NCBI GenBank assembly: GCA_040954595.2
Contig: CM082595.2
Location: 3,581,943-3,645,942 of the forward strand
Origin: Balanoglossus misakiensis
Taxonomy: Eukaryota > Animalia > Hemichordata
Reading direction: 5' to 3'
DNA: 64,000 bases
Under the pieces are notes generated by a model. The model was not told the DNA's origin, did no database searches, and worked only from the letters and a program-made list of their open reading frames with translations. A program made the position numbers and the translations under genes. Numbering within the stretch: the first letter of the stretch is position 1; every line of letters starts with the position of its first letter. This document shows, one piece after another, positions 1 through 10,188 of this stretch.

Positions 1-1466
1 TGCCAGGAGTTGGAGCCCTGGTTGAAGGTGAAGAGGGAACTGGAAAACATCCTGTTGCTAAACCCACCCGAGATGTAGAGTTTATCCTTGAGGGTGCATC
101 CAGCCAAGGCGTACGTCGGGTCCGGGAAGGACGGCACGTATTTCCACTCGTTCACTTCTGGTTTATAACATTCCACGGAAGAGAGAGGACCCTGTTCGTT
201 CTTCCCAGCCACGGCAAACAGGCACCCACCTAAGGCCTGCAGAGTGAAGAACGCCCTCCTCTGCTGCATCGGGCAGATCTGAAGCCAGGTGTTGAATCGC
301 GGATCGTACCGGTGCACCGTCCCGATGCTGTCCTTCCCGTTGGAGTTCAAGCTGACCTGCCCGCCGACGATGTACAGAAAATGGTTCAGGACGGTGACGC
401 AGTGATCCACGCGCTTCAGCGGCATCGTGGTCAGACGCTTCCACTTTCCGTAGCACTCGTCGAAGATCAGCACGAGGTTACTCACTTGCTGGTCGCCGCG
501 CTCGCCTCCGATCGCCAAGATGACGTCGTTCGTGGATCGCAGCTTCGTCCGGGGCGACTGCAAGGAGTGCTGTCTGTGCGGCACCAGGTGGTAGTTCAAT
601 GCCTCCATCAGCAACTTGTGACAATCCGGATCGCGCATCATAAACTCGTGAGACTGTACATGGTCGACCAAATCACTGGACGAGATCAGCGGGAAGCGTA
701 TATTCCGCATCAGTCTGCTCGAAAACTGCTGACGCGCCTCCTCATCATCCAAGATCCACCTCGCCGCAATTTTGAAGAGCTGAAGTTCAGACTGCACCGC
801 CAACCGATCTTGCCGCAAGAACCATGCAAGCTGATCTGCATTGAGAGACTGGTAGCTTAGCGTCTGGGCAACTTCGACAAAATTATCAATTATGTATTCC
901 TGAGATACCTTCAGTAAACTCGTGAATTTGAGTCGGTCGGCTAAGAAGAGTATATGAATGGCGTTGTCAGTGCAGATGGCTGTTTGGAGGTACTCTACAC
1001 AGAGTTTAGTGATGGTTTTCATGTCCAGCTGGATTGATGCGTTCAGGACCGCTTCCACGTTCTCCAGCATCAAGGTGATCTTGGACGTGTAGCAGTATTC
1101 CAGGATGGCTTCCAGTCCCTCGGCGGCGATCTGGGGCAGCTCGATCTCCCGGATGCCGTTGCCGGCGGTGAAGATGGTCTTGAAGTAGTCGCTGCAGGAG
1201 GCCAGCACCGCCCGGTGGATCATGTAGTGCGTGCCGCTGGCGATGACCGTGCCGTCGCAGAGAAGCTTCTCGACCCGCAGCGAGTTCAGACACCCCAGAA
1301 GCTCGTTCGAGTGGCTCTCCGACGTAAACGTCTTGTTCGGCGGCGGGAACTCCAAGTTGTGCAACCGCTGCCGTGGCGACCGGGGACTGGCTGATGCCAC
1401 CGACCGCGGGGAGTGGTGCGCGGAACCCCTGCTTCGGTTGGAGTTGTTCAGTTCTGGAGATGCCAT
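1..1466 (-). CDS. Kelch-like BTB-BACK-Kelch protein (closest by motif to the KLHL9/13/26 group), 3' end outside the window
   Basis: Reading frame from ATG at 1466 (MASPELNNSNRSRG...) is still open at position 1, so it is absent from the ORF track. BTB motif HRAVLASCSDYFKTIFT; Kelch repeats FLYIVGGQVSLNSNGKDSIGTVHRYDPRFNTW and LYISGGFSNRMFSSSLFTFNQGSNSW. Acceptor tttcag lies just upstream (exon starts 1495). Confidence 0.93.
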   Translation of the reverse strand, partial: MASPELNNSNRSRGSAHHSPRSVASASPRSPRQRLHNLEFPPPNKTFTSESHSNELLGCLNSLRVEKLLCDGTVIASGTHYMIHRAVLASCSDYFKTIFTAGNGIREIELPQIAAEGLEAILEYCYTSKITLMLENVEAVLNASIQLDMKTITKLCVEYLQTAICTDNAIHILFLADRLKFTSLLKVSQEYIIDNFVEVAQTLSYQSLNADQLAWFLRQDRLAVQSELQLFKIAARWILDDEEARQQFSSRLMRNIRFPLISSSDLVDHVQSHEFMMRDPDCHKLLMEALNYHLVPHRQHSLQSPRTKLRSTNDVILAIGGERGDQQVSNLVLIFDECYGKWKRLTTMPLKRVDHCVTVLNHFLYIVGGQVSLNSNGKDSIGTVHRYDPRFNTWLQICPMQQRRAFFTLQALGGCLFAVAGKNEQGPLSSVECYKPEVNEWKYVPSFPDPTYALAGCTLKDKLYISGGFSNRMFSSSLFTFNQGSNSW

Positions 1467-4403
1467 GGCAACCAAATCAATGTGGAATGTTCATTCTGAA
1501 AGTACACAAATGAAATGAGAAAATAATGAAGAGACAGAACACAAAGTTCACATAAGGTCATGAAATAAATTATTAATATACATGTAGCTGATCACTGTGG
1601 TAGCTTATTTCCTAATGCATCAGCATTTCAACATATCTCTATATTTTTATTGACATATGTGATGTACAACAGCCAGAACGTCATGTTTCAACTAAAATCA
1701 CCATTTTGCATCATGAATAGGCTCTGGATAGAAACGTTTAAATTCAAGGTCTTTAAAATGAAATTTGTCTTCAAATGTGAAAAGGAAAACCAAAGAAAAT
1801 CCCTCCTGTTGCCTCCCTTCTTTCCATAAAAGAAATCTACTTAGCCATTTTCCAACTGACTGCTTCAGTTTCCTGTTACATTCATAACAACACACAGACC
1901 ATATTGAGAGTAACGCTACCCTGCAGCCATTGCTGATATGGGTACATTATTACATTTATTAAATAAAGAAACTGTGTTATCCAAATCAATAGTTCTTTGC
2001 AGGAGTTTTCATACAAGTTATTGAAGTCATGCAATTATATAGATCTGCTTACGACAAGATTATCATTTTTACGTTTATAATTTTAATTAAAGCCTTTTTA
2101 CTCTGTGTTTAACATGCTGATCTTGGTACAAGTATTTTCATTAATGTGTTATATATTGTATAGCAATGCTGGCTATAAGGGTGGAACAATACATGTATAT
2201 CATCAACTCTTAATAATAGTTGTCAAAGATAATGAAAACTGAAAGAATGACTCTTTTTGATACAATGATTACTGTCCTGTGAATTGAGAACATATTAACC
2301 TCCTGCAGGGTATCCATATGACTCCTACAATGGGCATTCAGCTTTGTTGCCATGACAACAATCGAAACTCCAGTCCAGTTTTCAATCGATCATTACCAAC
2401 CTAACAATATTAACATCATGTTGATTTCAACCCTTACAAACATATGTACATATCATCAAAAATAATTAAAAGTACATAAAATGGATAAATAAAACAACTA
2501 CCCTCAGAAAATACCACAAAATGAAGCTGACATTTAAAATAGCCATTCATCACGGCAACACATGTTCACACTGTTTGGCAGTGCATGTATATTTCACTAG
2601 TATTAATTAATCAACCAAAACAAATTCATATAATATGATAAACACTGCCATAACCAAATGTGCCATATATATTGTGGACCACACAATATATTATTACAGA
2701 ATATATATGTCATTACCAAATAATGGAATTTAAATATGAAAACTGACAAATTCTGGGACACATTTATGACATTTTATTTGAACCACGGTACGCATTCATC
2801 TACTCTGGATTAAAAGATTAATTTACATACAGGAAGGTAACTTTCAAATAAATCAAATATTATAATCCCTTGGTATAAGGCACATGTCAGCTGCAATGGA
2901 TTTGACAAGTCAACTGTAAATGGATTTAGTATGTGGTCACAACCACGCTGAGTTGAATTCAGGTTTTTTTGTTTGCTTGACGCAAAAAGGTGGCAGTGTG
3001 ATTTGAAACCACTCAATGGAAGTCGATGCCAGCCTTTCATCAATTTGTTTGCGTCCAGTTGACCCTACAGAACATTTACCTACAGTCTGTGTACATTGTA
3101 TTCAGGAATGTAGCCTTAGACGACTGACAAATCTCCCTTACACGTTTTAGATTTCACCTTTGCAAAAGAGTTGGCAGATACATTTACCTAGCGTAGGCAG
3201 TTTGTGAGTCAACCTTGAAAAAGCATCAAAAGTGAAATTTGCATATTGAATGACAATTTGTTTAGTACATCTGTGCAGCTGATAAGTTGCAATAACCTAT
3301 GGTTATTTTTTCTTTACTTTATCAGAAATTCCAATGCATGGGTCACTATGAATGGGAAAATAATTACTTCTACATTTCTGTTACATGGCAGTCTGACAAG
3401 ATAATGAAGATGCCATGCCTGTGATGATGTCAAAAGAAATAATTTGTTTCTCCAATTTTCTACAAGTTAAACTGATCCGAGGTTGACCTGGAGAGGTCAA
3501 AATAATTTACATATAAATAGCCAGACAGTAAATTTGTGCATTAAAGCTTTCATCACGCATACTAGGCATTTTGCTGTTTTGGTAATAGAAGTTGAGAAAA
3601 ACTCCCGGATTTCATCCTTGATTGAGCGTCACAGTTTCACCCAGTTCAGCCTCAAGTAATTAACATTTAAAAATAATTATTATTTACTACTCATTAGAAT
3701 AATTATTGTACATGTGTGCCTTCAAAATGAGATGATTTTCCCCATCATATTAATCAAACACAAATTAATTCAACATAGAATCTGAATTTGAGCTACAGGA
3801 TACATACTACAGACAGATTGTTGGTAGTTAGGACCAGACCCTATGGCTTTTAATTACTCCCATTCAATTGTGCATTTACATCCACTTCTGGCAGACTGCC
3901 CAAGTCTACACAAAAAGAAACAATTGCCAATTCTTTTCAAATGCACATGGCACAAACTGCCTTTTTTAAATTTTTTGCTCACATTACATTTATTTACTAT
4001 TATTACAATTTGATTATCTGACTGATCAGTTATTCTACAAGTCGTTCCACTAAAGGATCATGGGAGAATTATTGAGAATTTCACTGGTACCTGCACTGCA
4101 TTCTGGTTATATAATACTACACACTCACTTGTGCCTATAACTTCTATGTGGTCAGTTTTCACAGTCCTACAAATCATGAAACTGTAAAAACACACCACTT
4201 TTAGAATAAAGGGCGCGTCTCTTTTTAAAATATTTTTAGTTAACGAAATGGGTACTATAATAACTTAAACAACAGGTGATTGTGTATATGTGATTAAAAT
4301 CGCGCACAGTGTACCGACTACCAGTAGCTGAGTAGGTCTATCTTCAAGTGCATAAAATCTTACGTTTTGTATATTTAACCGTTAGATCACAAACAAAACT
4401 TAC

Positions 4404-4830
4404 TTCTGCGACACAAATAATTTAAGCTACCGTTATGCAATGCTCTGTGAAAAGCGTCGTCTGTACCATTTCATAAAATCGATAATGTAAACAAAAGCCA
4501 AGACGCTGTGTCGATTACGCACAGAAGATGTTCATTTCGTGCGCCGGTGTAAGCGATCTACGTTTCTGGGGACGTCTTGTGGCGTTAAATAAGGAGATTG
4601 GATGAAAGGAGACGTTTTAATGAAACCTACCTGGAGAGATAGGACAAATCAAGAGCTTCCGTTGAGAGTAGGAATCACAATGCAGCACAATACAACACTT
4701 TCATCGCCAACCGGCACGTTGAAATTACCAGTGATGATGGATGCAGCGAAGCCCAAGGCTACCGTTGATCACGTGCCGTCAACACAAGTATTTGGTTGGC
4801 CACCGAGTTGCGGAGCTCAGGCTTCCGGGC
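4404..4830 (-). other. Candidate non-coding 5' exon(s) of the Kelch-like gene
   Basis: Minus-strand donors GTAAGT (4398-4403) and CAG|GTAGGT (near 4630) in a CpG-enriched stretch upstream of the coding exon. Boundaries are uncertain. Confidence 0.35.
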
Positions 4831-5394
4831 TTACGCATCAGTTGATCGAAACAATTATCAGCAGCTCAAGATCTGGAAACACCGTGCGCATCGATCACCC
4901 GCATTAACGCGTACAATCTATATCCAAGTCCATTAATTCGTGAAGTGGAAAATCTTACACATTGTGTGCAATGGAAACAGATTTTCGATGTACAACATAA
5001 CTCTGGAATAACAAGTAGAATATTGTACAAAAATCAACTTTCCGTGTGTGAATACGTGTAGTGGATATTCTATATTTCGTTTGATTCTAAACCACACTGA
5101 GGGCATGGTGACCGTATCTGACCATTCCAAACTTTAAATACGGTTCTGTAGCTATGCGCGTTTTGCAACAGTCAGTGTGTTTTTTAATCGGGAACTTGAA
5201 AAGTTATTGAAAGTTTTAAGAAACAATAAAATTGAAATAAACATTACAAAGGCTCGTGTACAATGCGACTTTGTAAATAATATTTGGTATAAAAATGATG
5301 AAAACATTCCACAGCGTTGATATTCGGTAAAATAATCTGCATATACATATACAGTGTTCTTTATTATATATTGTCATGGAAATCTGAAGCTTGA

Positions 5395-5465
5395 GGCCTG
5401 GCGTATGACGTCACCACGGTGTTGGGATGTAAACTACCCATGATGCACCATATTCAAAATGGCCG
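5395..5465 (+). promoter_or_regulatory. BCAS2 proximal promoter motifs (CRE, ZNF143/Staf-like, YY1-like)
   Basis: TGACGTCA at 5406-5413; TACCCATGATGCA at 5435-5447 resembles the Staf/ZNF143 site; CAAAATGGCCG overlaps the start codon. Confidence 0.5.
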
Positions 5466-7237
5466 GCGAAGTCAGCGTGGACGCGCTTCCGTATTTTGAT
5501 CAAGGATACGACGAATCGGGAGTCAGAGAATCGGTAAGTCAAAGCGGCGAGGGGAATTCTTAAAAGGTTACCATTTGCAAAATAATAGTAAAATGCATGT
5601 AGGCATGCACCAAGAAGGAATCAGCTAAGCGACACCGCTGGACCTATGGACAGTGCATGCTAACACAGAAAGATACAACGGTGTACATACATGATACAAT
5701 GTACATATCATGTAATTGTTCAGATGTCCATTTTATTTTTATTTCCCACATCAGGCGTATGTATTAGTTGAAGAAGAATGCAGGCGATACAGACCCACCA
5801 AGAATTACCTAGAATACCTGCCGCCACCAGACTACTCGGCGTTTGAAACAGAAGTGATGAAAAATGAATTTGAGAGATTAGCCTCCAGGCAACCCATGGA
5901 GATGCTGAGCATGAAAAGGTTGGATTTCACAAAAGTCACCTTTTTTGCAATTTTTTTTTCTCTGATTGCGAGTGCATCATCATGTACATGTACATGTGAA
6001 ACTGAATACAATGTTATAGTACTAGTATATCAAAGCTAAACCTGGATGTACTCTAGAGAATCCAAAACGATCACCAATGCACCCTCATCTATACCACATG
6101 TTTATTCATTTCAGATACGAGTTACCACAGCCACCACCAGGTCGACAGAACGACCTGACTGCATGGAACGAATGTGTGGATAACTCCATGGCACAGTTAG
6201 AACACCAAGCTACTCGGTGAGTGACATGCCTCTTTGTCAGGACATTGCATTTCTCTTTACAAATACTTTGTTTTCACTAACACTCTCTCTGATATGATAA
6301 AGATAAATTATATCTCTCATGATTTGCTTTTCAGAATACAAAACCTGGAGCTGATGTCAAAGTACGGAAGTAATGCGTGGAGAGTACACAATGAGTAAGT
6401 ACAAAAAGACACAGCTGAAAAGACACGTCAAACAAGCAGCATTCTACACTGGCTTGTGTTGATTTCTGATCTGCAGATAGAGACGAGAAGCAGTACAAAT
6501 ACAAAAGTATCTCACAATACAAACTGTAGAGGGCAGAATGTGATAATATTCCCAAGAACCAAAGAAAAGTGATGTATGGTCCGCAGTTCACATTGCAAGC
6601 AAAGATCAGATTAACTTTTCCCTTTTATTGTCCTACAGACTTCTGGTGAAAATGCTTGAACATGCACAGAAACAGCTGACAGATATAAGGTATAGAAAAC
6701 TATGACTGAGGCCACATCACAGGCCAGTTGTTGTCTACACTTTGCTATACGTACAGCTTTTAACAGATTCCATGGGATAGTAACACTTCAACTGTCTCTA
6801 TTTGCAGAAAAAATATCCAGGAGATCAACTGGAAAAGGAAAAGTGATCAAGTGAGTTAAATATATTTACATATATGTTAAATATAAATATTTTAAAATTT
6901 ATATAGTTCTGTTTATGAGCAGTGAAAGTGCTGGGTTGGTTTTTATTTAATAAACATTTTTAATTAATCATTCAAATTTCAATTCATAACAGGTATCAGC
7001 AGGAGCACAAATCAAAGAACTGGAAAACAGGTAAGACATTTTCTATTCAATCAATAATTTCTCTAGCACAGTTTGACATGGATCAAAATTCGCTTGGAAA
7101 CATTTGATAACACTTTCCTCGTCTCTTTCAGTTGGGTTGGTCTGGTCACAAAGAACTATGAAATCGAAAGAGCCATCCTGGAGTTGGAGAGAGAAGTGGA
7201 CGGCTTACGAAGAGAAAGCCAAGTTAAAGGACATTAA
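5459..7237 (+). CDS. BCAS2: Pre-mRNA-splicing factor SPF27 / BCAS2, 212 aa
   Basis: Exons 5459-5533, 5755-5918, 6115-6216, 6335-6394, 6639-6689, 6808-6850, 6993-7030, 7132-7237, all GT-AG with consistent phases. Translation [44 protein letters not shown]...[14 protein letters not shown] matches BCAS2. Confidence 0.97.
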
Positions 7238-7587
7238 TATCTCCAAGACAGTGACCTTTCTGTACATTTTCAGAGTACAGAGACCTAGTGTGACATCTTT
7301 GCCTATATTATGAAACACTGCCTTTCCAGCAAACTTTGAACGTGATGTCATTCAGGCATTTTCTGCCTAGCCAGTTTCAACAGATTTAAACTACTGCTAC
7401 ATTACACATCTTGAAATCCAAATGAGCAACTAAAAAAACTATTTCAATCTTTACTTTTTGCAAGAAGTATGTGGTTTGTTGAACATTGATAACCAACCCT
7501 TTATTTATAAATGGTTCTATTTTTATCCCAGACTTTTGTCAGCTCTACTCTGTTATTGTTAAGTTGAATTTTGATATCTTATGTTTT

Positions 7588-7593
7588 AATAAA
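7588..7593 (+). terminator. Probable polyadenylation signal of BCAS2
   Basis: AATAAA about 350 nt after the stop, at the end of a T-rich UTR-like stretch. Confidence 0.5.
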
Positions 7594-8549
7594 AAAAGAT
7601 TGAAAACTGTATGCCACACAGAAACTTTGATGCCTTTGGAATGTTGTTTTAATCAGCTATAAATATAATTCATCCTCAATTACATAACAACCTTTGGTAG
7701 TATACATCTGGAAAAAAATCATCTGACCATATCAAAGATTCCAATAAAAATTACAAAAGATAGGGTGAACTCTGTAAAAAGGAATATCATTGGCTGATTT
7801 GAGTTTGCAAGGTGACTACAGACCAATCAGAATAATGGTAACTGGTTGGTTCACCTTGAAGAAGACTGCTGGCCAATCAAACACATGAATAGTCTTTCAA
7901 AATCGAAGAGACACCAAGTACCTGAGTATAATTTTTTCCAATAGGATATTGAGCACCAAACTGAGTTTTGCTCACCAAACAACTATTGTAATGTTTTATA
8001 TCAGTACAAAAATGTCATTACGGTAATATATTAATGCATGTTCAAGAACTCAATAATGTAGTACATTGTACATGTACTTGTCACAATTCGATACGAACAG
8101 TTCACATGATTCAGGCTTGCTATTTGGGTGCATTTCTGACAAAATATGTTCTTCTGTACAGAAAGCATTTGTTTGCTCATAATTCACTGTATCCACTTAA
8201 TTAGCTATACACTAAGTTAATCCCTGTCACTAATACTGTATTAATTTATAACTAGTAATCCTTCTCTGTAAAAGCAAATTAAAATAATTACAAATTCAGA
8301 AATTACCAAATCCTGATATGATACTGTGAAAGCTCAAGCAGTTTAAGACGATTAAGAAATAAATTAATTCATAAAAAGTAAACTTGCATCCAACTTTACA
8401 ATATTTCAGAACAGTTATCACCTCTCTTGTAGAGAAAATTATACAGAATCCCTCATAAATACACCATACATCCCTATTCTCAAATAGATACAGTCTTATC
8501 CTAATACTCTCATGCTTGGCTAAACCACTCACTACACACTGACAGGGGA

Positions 8550-9934
8550 CTACATCTCTCTGATTTGGTAATACCAGTCAGTGAGGGTGAAAACGCTTTC
8601 TTGAAGCAAAGCTTTGCCATAGATTCTCGCAGTGTAGAACAAGGTGACAAAGTCAGTGGTTCCAAATACGGTGTCGGCCAACGCAAAGACCATGGCCGAT
8701 GGGATGAAACCTCTGCCATATTCCACCATCCAGGTGCCCTTGCTCCACTGCACGGCCGTGACCTCTCCTGCAGTGTGCATTATCATGTCACCTGGTGAAC
8801 AAAAGCAGAATGGTGATTGGTCAGTTCATTTGCCAAATGCTATTATTTGATTCCTTGCATGAAACAACAGTCAATGTAAATAATCTCCTTAAAAATATTT
8901 TCACGTGTTACATTCTTGACTTCGAGTAATGTTACCTGTCAACTCTATGTGTTTATCGACTCAGACAGCCTAATCTGCAGCACACATATTTGTGTACTCT
9001 TTCCCTACAACATGTGATAGACTTGTATCATGATGCTTAGTTACTTTAGAGCTCATGTGAGAGAGGTTATCATTTAACCTTGTTCACACTTTAACTTCTG
9101 CACAAATATACCCCCTCTGATTTTTCAACAATTGCTTGATTTTGACTTACCAGGTTTAAAAAGTTCGCTTTTTATCTCTCCTTCTTTCCACTGCCTGAAA
9201 CTTCCAACGAGGATGGTGTCTGATATATTAGCCCAATATCTGCCTGCAAAATTATTACAAAAAAGCAAGGTCATATAATTTCACTGGTTGCAAATTTGCA
9301 TGATAATGTGCTAGGCCTGAACAATAAATAGAACTGTAACATACTGTGAATCCAGGTAAAGTAAAATGTGAATGACCTCATAATATGCCATCACCTGCTA
9401 ATGACATATTTTCTCATTAAATCGACAATTGCAATCCTGGCTACATTACCTGAATGTCCAACTGTATCTACAGCAGTGCCAAAGAATAAAATGTATTCTG
9501 TTACTGATGCGTGCAGGACACACATTGATCCCATCCAACCACCAGCATTCACAAAAATCCATTGCATATCTTTTTCTTGTAAAATATGACCAGGGTATTT
9601 TTCTCTCAGCTCAGCAGCGATCTTTTTATAAGATTCTTCAGGGTCTTGGCCTATGCAGAAAGTGAAATGAATACATGTTCAACATCATGACAATAGCAAT
9701 GTACATGTAATATACCAGGTACATTTGTACCAGGTGTCTATTCTGGGTCCGGGTTCACATCCTCAAACTAAAATCAGATGACTCTAAGCGCCACTCACCT
9801 ACATATTTCTCTGCAATTTTAGCAACACTTTCATGATCTGCAACGAAAGACTTTGTTTCCAACCAAAACTGAATTGCAAATACTATTATCCCGATAATAA
9901 TTGTCCACTTCAGAAGTTTCCATAGTCCTGCCAT
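8550..9934 (-). CDS. SIGMAR1: Sigma non-opioid intracellular receptor 1 (ERG2/sigma-1 family), 223 aa
   Basis: Exons 9934-9799, 9650-9450, 9243-9151, 8791-8550. N-terminal hydrophobic helix [16 protein letters not shown], then [38 protein letters not shown] and [35 protein letters not shown]. Confidence 0.97.
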
Positions 9935-10188
9935 TTTGAATGACTTTTATAATAGAGCATGCGCGGTTGCCATCACAGTCTAGTTTAGAAACCTGAGATG
10001 TGATTGGGACACATTTTATGCAAAATAGGGCAAAGGGAAAATTGCCCAATCAGAGTAGATGTTCTCTATTCATCACAATGAGTGTATATACATGTATTGT
10101 GTTGATTTCAAGAAACCGGTGTTTAAAGTTTTATACAATTTATACCCAGGGTTTCTGTTAAGCTGCGGCCGAGATCGTACCCGAAACA
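9935..10188. promoter_or_regulatory. Bidirectional promoter shared by SIGMAR1 and MAD2L2
   Basis: Only 254 bp separate the divergent start codons. CCAAT boxes occur in both orientations (ATTGG 10004-10008, CCAAT 10046-10050). Confidence 0.7.

Noticed and set aside
312-1518. Plus-strand ORFs 312-860 and 1231-1518 and alternate-frame minus ORFs
   Set aside because: Shadows of the GC-rich Kelch-like coding exon, with no recognisable protein features.
4602-4907. 101-aa ORF between the Kelch-like gene and BCAS2
   Set aside because: No recognisable domain; it lies in a CpG-rich promoter region where stops are depleted.
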